Source: Balanoglossus misakiensis
Lineage: Eukaryota > Animalia > Hemichordata
Assembly: GCA_040954595.2 (NCBI GenBank)
Contig: CM082588.2
Coordinates: forward strand, 6,460,202 to 6,524,201
Length of the DNA: 64,000 nucleotides
Direction of reading: 5' to 3'
Shown one piece after another: positions 40,519-53,900 of this stretch. The position numbers and the translations under genes were made by a program. Positions within the stretch are counted from its first letter, which is position 1, and each line of letters starts with the position of its first letter. The notes beneath the pieces were generated by a model, which searched no databases, was not told the origin of the DNA, and was given only the letters and a program-made list of their open reading frames with translations.

Positions 40519-40810
40519 CATTCATTCATTCATTCATTCATTCATTCATTCATTCATTCATTCATTCATTTAGTTAGTCATTCATTAATAAATAAATGTT
40601 ATAATTGATTTCTTAATGTTCAAGTTGAATATACTTACGAGCACTAGTGATTGCTGGATCCACCATCCGTCTGACCAGATCAGTTAAGGGATTTAAAAAA
40701 AATGTATAGCCAAACGGTTATGTTTTTTTTTACAGAGGCCTGTACAGAGGCCTGCTGAAAAAGACTCCATTGAAAGTAATGATATCTGGTAAGTAATTAC
40801 ATGTACATGT

Positions 40811-40883
<73 letters not shown>

Positions 40884-41929
40884 ACCCAGAGACGGTCGAT
40901 TATTGGTCCATGTTACACAACTTTTGTTATGCAAAATAGGGTCATGTTGGGTCAGTGTATAAGTACTTAAGGCGCTCGTGGCGAAACAGCGAGAGATAAA
41001 AAGTAGTCCCACTTGTTTACTCATTTGCATAAAATGGCGTGAAACTACCTGTTGGCTGGACAAAACTGACGATACGTGTTATGCATGACTGTATTTTGTA
41101 GGAATATTAATCATAGGTACTCGAACTTGCTATTTAAGCACGCTTACAACAGGGACTACTTTTTCTCATTTACATATCACGGATGATAAATACCTTCACA
41201 GGTAACAAAGAAATACGGAGCTTGCCAAAGTGTGGGCCAGATCTTCCGGTCCCCCAGACAGATGGATATTGGAGTGACAACCTGACGTTTGTTCCTATGA
41301 CCTGCAGAAGCCAGCAGTGGAAGCCGAGTGACTACAAGAAATGTCTGAAGGACAAACATCTTGTGTTCAGCGGAGGGTCTACCATGCGTCACGTCCGGCA
41401 AAGTTTTGAACGGCAGTTCGAGGGCTCGTTCCCGAACATAGATCACAGTTTCGTAGCCCTTCGCATTGGTCCCTTTACCCAGAAAGTAGCCAATATATCA
41501 TTTGAAAGCGATTTTGTCGACGAAATCACGACTGCAGCATGTAAATCAGAAACGTTTGTTGTCATAGTCAATTTTAGTTTCCATTTCGTCACGTGGTCCA
41601 AGAAATCCTACCTATCCAGAATCTACAGAGCCAAGCTGGCCGTGATGAGACTGTTTCAGCGTTGCCCCAATGCCCTTGTTCTAATAAGGTTGTCAAATCC
41701 GAGAGAGAATGACGCCCCTACACAGTGTGTACACAGTGGGGACTGGATTCTGTTCGACATGAATCGTATGATTCGACGCGTCTTTGCGGGCATCGGCGTC
41801 AGATTCGTCGATGTCTGGGATATGGTGTTGTCGCACCCCGATCCAAACAATGTCCACATGGGTCCACACGTAATCGATCAGCAGGTTCAACTCATGTTGT
41901 CTTACATGTGCCCTGATATGGTAAAATGA
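38607..41929 (+). CDS. NXPE: NXPE family (neurexophilin and PC-esterase domain) type II membrane protein; exons 38607-38711, 39191-39489, 39796-40341, 40736-40788, 41202-41929
   Basis: N-terminal TM anchor; YQVGDFVHVVIQAFD...RGGDFF...GRVVDYGNGTYSVYF (Ig-like domain); GYW...CLKDKHLVFSGGSTMR and VDVWDM...NNVH...VIDQQVQLMLSYMCP; phases consistent. Confidence 0.88.
40418..40570. repeat. (GATT)n/(CATT)n microsatellite
   Basis: Tetranucleotide array in an NXPE intron. Confidence 0.95.
40814..40876. repeat. (GA)n microsatellite
   Basis: About 31 GA units. Confidence 0.95.
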
Positions 41930-42601
41930 TTTAGCCATATGCGTACGGAGCACTTGCAATAGAGGGTTAGGTTTTAACAACTCCGCAAGGTTGTGTGCTC
42001 GGTCAGCATCTACTGTTAATTGGGTTGGTAACACGAAATATATTGAATCGCATTAAAGCATGTAGTAAATAAAAAAAATTCCACAAAGCACAGCTGCTAT
42101 TGCAAACTAAAGTCTTATATTAATATTTATATTCAAATTATTCACTGATACATTCTACTGTCGCTGCTGGCTATAGAGGATTTCTGACTACTGTGCGTTC
42201 GTCGTGTATCTCCTATATCTAAGCTTCAGAAAATATTATGGTTTTAGGGGATTCTGAGCTCGATAATTAACAGAAAAATGTTTATTTCAAAAAGTGAATT
42301 TCCTTAAAGTAAGAGGATTATTGATATTTTACATTCAAATGGTAAACTGATACATACTACTGCTGTTCGAACCAGTGTAGGTTCTTTTATCAGAATGTTG
42401 AAGTCCAAAATCGATGTCAGTTTTCGTGAAAAGCGCCCCCGTGAGCTTTGACAGAGTAAGGCGGCAGGTGTTCGGTGTCGTGTAAAGCATCCTTCAAATA
42501 TATTCAGTAGTGACATGGTGTGGTCGTGTAAACTCAATGTGTCCCATACATACAGGTGCGTAGATTCGTTTGGATTGACTCTATGGAACTGACGCAATGC
42601 C

Positions 42602-43168
42602 ATGGAAGCTTATGATTCGGACCCGCCACATGTACTCAGAATCAAGGAGAGGTTCAAACGGCAACTCACGCTCTTTCAGCTGCACACCAGCAAGGAGCGG
42701 GAGTACTACGACAAGTTGTTGCGCGACAGACTGAGAACGGATCTGCAGGGCATCCTGCGGCGGCAGAGGAGGTTGCACAACCTGAGCATCGGATCCTCCC
42801 TGCCGCAGGGCTGCGATGATCCCCGCACGCCGGAGTTCAAGAAATGGGAGACGGAGTCCGACGTCCCCATCATCCGCGTGGCGTCGGGGGACGTCTTGTC
42901 TAAGACCAGACCGCGGGAAAAACTCATCGCTACCCGCGAGGGCAGAATTTCCAGATCCGGGCGGGAGAGACTCGATGCGAAGGTGACTTCACTGCCGATG
43001 ATTCAGGACGCCAACTCGCGGAAATTACACCACCCAAGTTTCAATCCTTCGCTTTTGAATCATCCAAAAAAACTTAGTTTCACGAGGATTGTGACGCCGC
43101 AACTCGGTTACTACTCCGAGGCCTTGAAAGGCAGTGACGAGATCACGCACAGGCAATATCTCACTATG
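42602..43168 (+). CDS. Coding exon of an uncharacterised basic protein (downstream exons unresolved)
   Basis: GCCATGG Kozak start, GC3-rich codon usage against an AT-rich background, ~189 open codons ending at an ATG|GTAAGT donor; no recognisable family. Confidence 0.6.
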
Positions 43169-45353
43169 GTAAGTGTACTGAAGAAAATAGGCTAGCATGT
43201 ATCTCAGCATAAATGTCACGATAAAGATATTTGTGTTGGTCTTCTTCAAAGACCTAGCTGCGAGTTCTTTGACGTGCGACGGCAAAACTTAAAAGGTATA
43301 TAACCATCCTTCACATACATATGTCCACCTATGGTTAAAGGGCGTTTCTAAGTCATTAAATGACTGCGCTTGGTGGTGCATTATTTATCTCGTGGCCACC
43401 CCGTGAAAATCTGCGATTGGCTAGATCTCAACTTTCCATAACAACTTTTAGCTAAATTCACAAGTTGCATACCGTCTACCTTTAACTGTTACGGGAGTTG
43501 ATACAGCCATACTTTGGTAGGACGTATAATTATCAGGTATTAAATTCAAATTTCTCCACATTTCATCAAACTAAGCCTCAGCAACATTGATCAACACCTC
43601 TAATTGATAAACAGGCAATGTCATATCGGTACCCCAAATTCGTCCTCGAGTTGCACTTTACAATTTCCGCCACTGGGGAATATGAATAAACGTTAAAGCA
43701 ATATTAGGGGCAGGTGTTCAGGAAGTCTCTCGATGCATTTTCATTTTTGCAGGAAAATCTGTGTGGGGTTATTTCATCAAATAAACTTGAGAGAGGAGAG
43801 AGACGGACAGACAGGGACAGACAGACACACAGACAGACATGGCAAGAGTTCAGGCTGGTTTTGAGCTGCGATCGAAGCGTGGAGACACTATAACATGTTT
43901 AAATCCGGGACTACGGGATAATTTCGGCATACTCCTATAGGTGGCCATCGGTAGCCATCATCAACAACCCCGCCGTAATATTGCTCTCTGACTTGACCTT
44001 TCCGCGCATAACTAAATTCACGAAAATCAAAGTCAACTTTGGTTTTAACTCGACAAACACAAAGTGAAGTGTGCTCTCGAACTGTCATAGCAATGCCGAG
44101 TTTATTTCAATACGTGACGTGCGTGGAACGAAGTCGTTCAACGGAAACGACGCTAATGGTAGTCAGGGCGGACACCATGGCAACGGTGACTTAAGTCCAT
44201 TGTCCCGCTGACTATAATTGCGGCGGTAAACCAAGTTCGAAATTATCATTGCGCAGTATTGTTTACATTTTCCAATTCCCGTTGAGTGTACAAACTATCA
44301 ATATTGGAAATTGTCCTCGAGGAAATATTTATCGACAATCTCAATGTTGATAGTCTCTTTGTTGTTTCTTCCGACAAATTAAAATAGTTATGCAATTTTA
44401 CCATGCTGTATGAAATAAATAGAGCGTGAATGTGACGTTTACTGTAAAGATGTTATTTTACCTTTAAAGTTATTGTCCCTTCGACCTTAAACTAATAAAA
44501 ACATTAACTAAAACAATACTGGTTTTGTGGCTGTGTAGTCACTGACAGTATTATCGGCTGTTGCGTGGCAACCGTGGTGGGATGAGACCCTGAACCTGTA
44601 TTTCTCAGCTGTTCGCTGAATTGCGAACATGATACCCACCCGTCCGTTGCTACCAACATAAACAGTGTTCTGCATCAAACATAATTGATGGAAAAGGGCA
44701 GCGAGAGAGAGAATTTGTCCCTTTAATCAGTGTGCCAACTTCTGAACTCACGTCTATGTTGGTAGTACATGTACATGTATTAGACTAAGAACATTGCTGT
44801 GAGCTTCTAGCATCTAGGGCATCATGCAACTAGGATCTCACTTGGAGACCCGCAAATATTGAAATAGCTAATATTCAGCGGCAAGGTCATTACGAAAGGA
44901 TCAAACACTTCAGCGACTGTCAAAATAAGAAGCCAAATATGGACAACTTGATAAATGCCCAGCAAGGAATGGTGTATTTGAGTGGGGCGACGTGTCTAAT
45001 GTGCTTATCAGTCATCACTTGGATGTTTCCCCTAGTGCAAGCACATCGTGTCAAGAGGACACTATAAATATAGGGTCTCTTAATATACCACGGTATTTGT
45101 CACGCGCAGAGTTGTTCCAACTGCCATAAAGTGCGGTAATTGTCGCTCTGTACAAGGACAAACAGTGTCTGTCACTCAGTACGTTCTAAAACCAAATCAT
45201 GTCGTCTGTACAGTAGTGTATGTATAAAGCTTATGCAGATATGACAGTAGTGTACATAACCACAGACATCTATGTGGTTGTCCAAGAAGTAAGTTTAACA
45301 TACTTGGGTCACACAACTCAGAGTGTCAACCCAATTTGTCAACCACTGGGTTA

Positions 45354-46415
45354 GGGAGCATTCGTTTTTTACAGGGAGGGGGGGGGGGCCGGTGGAATTT
45401 GAGTCGCCGACTAAATGTAAAAGGCAACCCCCCCTGGAAATTACTTTTCTAAAATGTGACCCCCCCCCAAAAAAAAGTTTATCCACCGGATTAAACTTTA
45501 TCAAACTTTGTCAGATATTGGTGTATGTTCGACATACCACATAATCAACCATGAAACCTAGTTCCTTGATTTCCAAGTAGTGCATTGTCTGCCTGATCTT
45601 GTTACGTGAAAGAGTTCATTTTCAATGTCGCCGCTATCACTTTCTGAGTCACTTTCCGCTGAATCACCTAGTTCACCTATCACTACATGTTCATCTTCTG
45701 GTTCACTGTCCTCGTCCAAGTCATCCTCTTCATCCTCCTGCTCATCCTCCTCTTTGTCCCTCTCATGGTTTACTCTGAGACTTTCCAGAGTTGTTTGACA
45801 CAGTTTCCGGCCAATGTGCGCTTCAACTATTTTCAGTTTGTCTTTTTTCAGCATCTTTTTCTCTGTTGTCAATTTATGTCTGTTCATTTACATGTCTACT
45901 GAACATTATTTTTATTTCTTAAGTATTTGTATTCTGTGTTGGGAGACATTGTAAACCGAGAATTGAAGGGGGTGGGTTTGGGAGGGGGTGTCCCCCTCCC
46001 ACGTAAGAAAATTTTATAAAATACAGAGCTCAAAGCTGCATTTTAATGAACCCAGCAAAAGCAAATTAACGTCGCCGCTCAAAGTTATCATGGGGTGGGG
46101 GCAAGTCCCCTGACCTGGGACACTAGATAAACCAGTCAATGATTGAAAGGTGTTGATGAATGGAGGGGGTGGGTGTGGGAGGGGGTGTCCCCCTCCCACA
46201 TTAGAAAATTTTGTAAAATAAAGGACGCGAAACTGCATTTTTGTGGACTCAAAATAAATATTTAGCCGTCAAAGTTTTCAAGTCCCCCCCTTTCAGTCCC
46301 TATGTAATAATCCCTTGATTATAAAATTTGTCCCCCCCTAAAAACTGCTTTGTAAAAGTAAACCCCCCCCTGATTTCCACCGGCCCCCCCCTCCCTGTAA
46401 AAAACGAATGCTCCC
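45354..46415. mobile_element. PIF/Harbinger-like non-autonomous element (TTA target-site duplication)
   Basis: TTA|GGGAGCATTCGTTTTTTACAGGGAGGGGG..GCCGGTGGAA ... TTCCACCGGCCCCCCCCTCCCTGTAAAAAACGAATGCTCCC|TTA; ~45-bp TIRs. Confidence 0.88.
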
Positions 46416-47523
46416 TTACTATAGTACGTCACAAAGTACCTCTGACAGCAAAACCAAACTTAACACGATTTTGACTGCAAAATCCTGGCATACAGTGGAG
46501 TGGGGTACCGCAGACATGCATTGGAAACGACGCTATGAAATATAACTTGATTTTGAAATTGTCCTTTTTGTCTATTGCTAGGATCCAAAGGATGTTTACG
46601 TATCCCGGAAGTCCACCCAATCATACAAGCGGTCCTCTCCTGATGTCATTCCCATACGCGTCACCATAACAACCAGAAAGCTTGGCAACGAACATTTAAT
46701 AATGCAGCAGTAAGAACGGTGGACGTGCGTCAGCATCGGGAAGGAATCGACAGCAGATTGTCCGTCCAGCTGAAAGTCAAGAACAATTTGACATCCGCAA
46801 CATTTTTAACAATAATAATGCTATCCTCGCTCAAAAGATATTTTAGTCAGACATGTATGTTATTTATGTGGTTGTATTAATCAAATATTAATGTTTTTTT
46901 CTCAAATATATATTCAAATAACGATCGCTACCTATCAATCAAAAGTGCATGTTCACAGCAGTGGTCGCTGAGGGTGTGCATGGCGTCTAATAAAGATATT
47001 GCCACTATTTTATGTGTGCGTGTTTCTTGAGATATTGAAGAAAAATAAACAGACTCTTAGAAAATGAAGCTGCACATGGACTGTGTTTATTTTTAAAATG
47101 ACCATGCCAAAAAAATTCAAGAGCAAAGTTGTTGTCATCCAACAGAATCGAATCGAGATAAAACTCTAATAGCGCCATCTACCGGTAAAGTTTACGTCCC
47201 TTGCCAACCTATACCCTTCACTATTTCCGTAGTAGCATGGCGTAAAACACTACCGTTCACGCATCCCTTGTTCATATATATGAAATAACAACAATTTTGG
47301 GCTCTCGTATGGAAATCTGTACAAGTTAGAGAACACCATATACATCAGAAGATTTACAGGTAAGTAGTTAGAATTATTGTGCGCATATGGATCGTGATTT
47401 TTTTGCTCAGTGAAATGTCTTGTGGGGAGACAGTTCCATGTTAAAATTCACAAAATTCACAAAAAATGTTGTAAAAATTCTCCAAAACGACTTAGTTTGG
47501 GATTATTTTAGCTGTTGAAATGC

Positions 47524-47602
47524 AGCTGAACGGTTGGGGGGGGGGGTATGCTAATATCCGTGGAGTAATTAGCATATCCCCCCCCCCCCCCCAGTACAGC
47601 TG
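47524..47602. repeat. Short palindromic element with G/C-run arms
   Basis: CAGCTG..G12 TATGCTAAT ... ATTAGCATAT C14..CAGCTG. Confidence 0.55.
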
Positions 47603-47938
47603 CGTTTCCACAGCTAGGATTATTTGTACTCAATGACATATTTTCCCCATAAGCGACGCAATATTGACACAATGATGCAATATTGACATAATGCATTCAC
47701 ATAAATTCACAGTTCTGTATCAAAATCCTTTAAAATAAACTGCTGTAACACTCAGTATATGCAGTTACTGCAAATATTGTTAAATTTCAAAATTTGGAAA
47801 TTTACAGAATTCTGATAAGCCTAAACATGGCATCAGTTCAGTTTGAACTGTAAGGTCTTATGTATTTAATAAGGTCATTGGTCATAAATTGCACTGTAGT
47901 GCTAGTGCGGACGTAACAATTTCATGATACGTTTATGT

Positions 47939-50900
47939 CTACTTGTAGAATACTTTGATTTGGCTGCGACCAGACTCCGTGGTGGCAATTCTGTCACCGC
48001 TGACTGCAAGGTTCCAGGGGTTCACCTCGCCCTCAAACAAGTTACAGATCCACTCTCCATCAGCACTCCATTTCACAATCCTACTATTGCCGATGTCACA
48101 CACGTACACGTTATCGTCATCATCGACATCAATGCAGAGGGGCAAATACAGCTGACCAGGACCTGAACCACCCACACCAAATTGATACAAGAATTTCAAT
48201 TCAGGATTGAAACACTTGATGCAGTGATTACGATAGTCGGACACCATGATGACATTCTTACTGTTGACAACTATGAACTCAGGGCGATTGAATTGTGTTT
48301 GGCCAGAACCTAGACCACCAACCTCATCAACATACTGTCCATCTTGGGTGTACTTGAGTAGCCGATGACATCTGATATCAGTGACCAGTACAAAACCATT
48401 CAGTACAGCGATGCCCCGGGCGTTGGCGTCTGCAGGTAGAGTGATTATTCTCAAAATTGTATTGTTTTGATCACAAACAACAATTTGAGAATTGCCACCA
48501 TCATTTATGAAGTAGATGTTGTCATGGGAGACAGCTACAGCCTCTGGCTGGAATGGCTTTTCAAACTGACCATCAAAGCTTCCCAAGACTTTGTCGCACG
48601 TGTAATCTTCATTCAATATCTGTACAATCCTGTTGTTAAAGTCACACACCACCAGTTGGTTACCATGGAACTGCATGCCTCTTGGTTGTCTAAACATTCG
48701 CCCTGGCTTTGGACCTTGGCCATACAGTAGCCTCGTTGACCAACTGTGACCTTTTGCGAAAACAGAGGTCAAAGGTAAACCTGTAGTAGTGAAACTTTCT
48801 ATTTAGTACAATTATGATTGATAGAAAACGTGAAATCGTTTATGAATTGTGATAATGGGTCTGTCTTACTCTTAACAACACTTGCATAGCTGTGTTGACA
48901 TGAATAAATTTAATGATTGCTAAGCTTATGGTTAGGAGTCTAGAATTAGAGAATTTTCACCCTGAACCAAACTTGTTTTATTTTTAGCCACTGCAAACAA
49001 TCTTTACTCCTTATCCAAATAGTATCCATATGTTTTCTGAGCATGTTAGGTTTCATTAACTTACCTTTCTCAGCTGTAGTCTGTCTTTCTTTTGACTTTG
49101 GTTCATCTGGTTTGGTTTGGTCTGCCGTCCCAGATCCATCTTCTCTCCGTGTCTCGGGCTGTGTTGGTTGGGCTTTGGCATCCTCAGTTTCTTTTTCTGC
49201 AGTTGTCTCTGGTTGTGGATGTTTGGTTTCCCCCGATCCAGTTTCTTCTTCTCCTCTCATCTCTGGTTGTGTTGGTTTGGTTATGGCATCCCCAGTTTCT
49301 TTTTCCTCTGTAGTCTCGGGTTGTGGATGTTTGGTTTCCCCCAATCCAGTTTCTTCTTCTCCTTTCATCTCTGGTTGTGTTGGTTTGGTTTTGGCATCCC
49401 CAGATTCTTTTTTCTCTGTAGTCTCGGGTTGTGGATGTTTGGTTTCCCCTGATCCAGTTTCTTCTTCTCCTTTCATCTCTGGCTGTGTTGGTTTGGTTTC
49501 GGCATCCCCAGATTCTTTTTCCTCTGTAGTCTCAGTATCATCAACTGCAATTCAAAATTACAATGAGAAGACAAATTGAAAGTATGCCATGTGTTTGTTA
49601 AACATTAATGTATCCTCAGAAGACTGATTAAGTGTTAAAAATAAATAAAACAGAACACTGATGACCAAGAAAAGCATCAGACTCATATGATGAAATTTTG
49701 TAGTCAAAATTGAAGCAAATACAAAATTTGTTACATCTAGTTAAAATATTGCTGTAATCATGTCTCATTCACAAGGCTTAATTTGAACCTGTTTCTATGT
49801 CATAATGTTCACAGCACTCAATCTAAAATAAGCAGCATCTCAATCTCACCTTGTTCAGTTTCCAATGTTACATCTTCTCCCAGTTGAAGACTCTTAGCCA
49901 TTTTCAGTTGCTGCTCATTATCAGATTGCTCATCATGGTTTTTTGATAATTTTGACTTGAGTTCAGCAATTATTTGTTCTTTCTGATCAAGTTTGGACTT
50001 CAACTCTTGGATGTGTCTGGGGTCTGATTCTTCCAATCTTTGCTTGAGGGAAATGACGTCCTGAAGTTGTGTGAAAGCTACTTTTTCAGTTTTTTCAAGT
50101 TTCTGCTCACAATCATTGTACTGCTCTTCTAAGAGGGACTTTTCCTGAATGGCTTCTTTCAACTGATTGTCTAAAACCATCTTCTCTGTCTGCAGTTTAG
50201 TGTTATCAGTCAGCTTATCAGAGAGCTCTGACAATTTTGTCTTGAGTTCAATTATGGTTTGTTCTTTTTGCTCAAGTTTAGATTCCAACTCTTGGATGTT
50301 TCTAGGGTCTGATTCTTTCAATCTTTGCTTGAGGGAAATGACGTCCTGAAGTTGTGTGAAAGCTACTTTTTCAGTTTTTTCAAGTTTCTGCACACAATCT
50401 TTATACTGCTTTTCTAAGATGGACTTTTCCTGATTTGCTTCTTTCAACTGATTTTCTAGGATCATCTTTTCTGTCCGAAGTTTGAACCTTTCTGCCAAGG
50501 TCTTATCCAACTGCTGTTTTAGAGATTTCCTATCTGATACTATGGATGGCATTTCTTTGAACTGTTTTGGACTAACTTCAAAGGGCAGTAAGCTTTGTGC
50601 TTGTGAGCTGACAGATACAGCTGGTGTGGAAAGCACTGGCTTGCCATGTTGCATGATTTTTTCTTCCAAGTCTGAAATAAAATAGATGTAATATAATTAT
50701 TTAAATGTTGATTTACATTTTGCAACCTGTAAATGTGAGTAAGATACCAGGTACTTGCAAGTTAATATTAATTAAATTTTACCAAATTATTTAGACCCAA
50801 AAAGTTTCATCATTCTTAAATTCTTCGGTCGAATCTTCTAAGTGTGTAGTATACTTGACATGATATTTGTGACTTTGTGTTGGCGGTAATGTACTAAAGA

Positions 50901-53900
50901 GTTATATGCACCATTTAACCCTTTCACCACCATGGTTCAGTCCAAACCTATTATTTTCTATGGTTAGGTAGGGAACTGGGGTGAATATTAGGTATGTATT
51001 ACCTATGTTACTGAAATCGGTCCTTTCTGTGTCGGTCATGTGATACCGCCTAACACCCAGTAACTCTAAGATTTGAGGTCTGTGAGATAAGATACGGTGA
51101 ACTTTCTCTGTCTTCATCCCTGATAGTTGTATGATGTCACACTCTCTTCCTGGATGTCTTTTACACTGCTCACTGGCGAATACCAGAGGTGCATATGTGT
51201 CTGCTGACTTCTGGAATTCACTTGCTGGATCACTCACAAGAAACAGCTTGGATAATGTTCCACCTTCAAGACATAAACAATTCCGTTTTATATAATATCT
51301 TCGAATTTTATTTCTTTTGTATAAAAAAACAACTTAAAAATGAATGTATGCCTCTAGCTGTGTTGAAATAGTTCCTACATAAAATGGCACCTTTGCTCAT
51401 GGTGCAAATCACAGTAGGCTGAGAAACTTCAAATAATGACAACATGAACTCATCAGTTATGTCTTAATTAAGACAATCAAACCCATTATCTTGTACTCAC
51501 CTTGTGTTAGGGCAGTCTGGACATGATCAGAACGAATTTCCATCTCTGCATCTTGATAGGCCAGACATGTTCTGTGAAACTTAATCGGACATGTAATATG
51601 GTGGGTTAAGAATATGTTTGGTAGAGTAACAATTGTGACAATTTATTTATCATAGTGGTATACCCGGTAATATAAATGTATATCATGACATTGCAGTCTT
51701 CCATAACTATATTTATTGGTTATCTACATATACTGGTGGATGCCCAAGCAATCTGTCATGAAAAGCACCTTCATCTTACAATATACAGTACTCCCCAGTC
51801 TGTTCAGAAATGATGTTAAATATCATAAAAAGACACAATAATTTTCACTTATTTGTGTGTTGAAAGCAGTAAAGATACACATTTTGTCATTAATTTGATG
51901 CCCGTATTTTAAAATAATGAAACGTGAACATTTAAAATAATCATTACTGTGTTGTCGTTTGTTTAACATATTTTATCATTTAACAAATCAAAATATACAA
52001 GTACCTCATCCAGTATTTCATCAACACCAAATTCCTCTTCTACTCTATAATCATATATTTCCACTGGACCTATTCCCCCACCATCTCCTGAAAGACAATA
52101 AATGGAAGACATGTAGTGTGATGCAGTCTGGGTTTTTTTTTGAAGAAATTAGATTTTATAAGCATTAAAACTTTAGTACTAACAATACAATCTTATAATT
52201 GATGGAAAATATTCTCTGATTTGTTCAATAATCGACAAATTATATTAAGAACTGCAGACTTACTGTTCAGAAAGAGTAGCTCAAGTTCTTCAAATCTTGC
52301 CTGATCATATGTTGCAGTTAACTGTAGTGGTATTCCAGCTGTGTTGGCCTTCCTCATTTCATCTGTTATCAAGATTGGTTCAAACGCTTCAGGTAGACTT
52401 CCCGATTGACAGGTTGCCCGCAATTTAAAGAGATTGAAAAGTACAGGCGTGTTGACTGTGATTTGCAGCGATCCCTCCTTCAGATTGGTTACGGCTACCT
52501 CACCCAGAACCTCCTTGCTGGTTTCTTTTACTTTCTTGATGTCATCACTGTTGGTTACCACCTCAGCTGCTCTTCTCTTCAACCCTCGTTTGCATTCGTC
52601 CCAAGATGCAGAAGCCGCCTGCTGCATTGCCTCGTTCAGTGCTTCGTCTTGTAGATGCTGCTGATAGGCATTTGCGTCCAGTTCAAGACGAAAGGAAATG
52701 GTTGTGTCACCATGGCCTTCTGTGTTTTGCAGTGGCTCTGCTGTCATACTTGATTCTATTTCCTCCCCATGAATCTTCTCTGTTTGCTTGTCGTTGTCAT
52801 TATTGGTTACTGCCTCATTTGTGTGTTCCTGGTGTTCTTTCTTCTCTGGTGACAACAGACTAGCAAATTTAGCGTAGCTCTTATTCACATCCTCACTCTC
52901 TTTGAAAGCATTCTTCAGTTCCGTAGCTTGGAAAAAGGCACGCCTGATGTTACTGACAATGTACATTATCCTCTCTACATTTCCATCGATGGTGTTAGGC
53001 AATGAGAAAGTTTCTGCAAACTTTGGAAAATATTTGCTGAGAAACTGACCAAGTTCAGAATCTTCATCAGGTAAGGTTGGTATTCCAATGGCCACAGATT
53101 CTAACCCAATAAAACCATATTTCTTGTAGAAGGATGCAGGAAGACAAATGTGAGACTGAAGCAGTGATGTTTGCAGACTATTTTCTGTGTAATATAAGTT
53201 GAGATATGTCTTCACATGATCACTCTTCATTTTGGCTGTAAGGCCCTTCAACTCAGTTTGACGGATTTCTGGTGAAGCTCCCAGTATTCGCCATTCAGGA
53301 GGTCTGTGGCCAACTGTTTTCCGTCTATTTGCTACTTTCCCAATGGAAGCAGCTAGCATCTCGCATCTGTTCAAGGCTTCTGGTGTATCAAACTGTCCAT
53401 ATGTCAGTATGCGGTGGATTTTCACTTCATCTGGTAATGTTGGATCTTTGTCAAAGAAGACTTTTCCGGGTCTTGGAAGGATCTCCATGTGAGGGATACT
53501 GGATAGTTTCTTTCCATTAATTTCTGCCCTGTATTCATTAGTGAAATGCTCATACATTTTTGGACCAATTGACAATATGACGTCAGCTTCACTTGCCATC
53601 TTCAGCATCATCTCTCTGAGGTTCCCGTCTGGAAATTCCAACAGACAGTTATCATCTTCATAGGCATGGTTAATCATAACAAGTTTAGCAGCTGGAAACA
53701 ACTTTGCTCTGATGTCTATAGCAGCGAATCCGGTCTTTGGAGCGTAACCAACAACATACTGGATGTTTTCTAACTTTCTTAGATCAGGAAAGTAGCTTTC
53801 ATGATTCAACAACCATTTTACATCTGGCTGATCAGTGATGTCTTTTGGTTGTGCTGGAATCAATGTGACATCACATCTGGCAGCATCTGTCTTCTGGTCA

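Noticed and set aside
43750-46800. Possible downstream exons of the 42602 gene (~43753, ~44833, ~46582)
   Set aside because: AG-preceded open stretches exist, but no consistent donor/phase chain or homology could be established by eye
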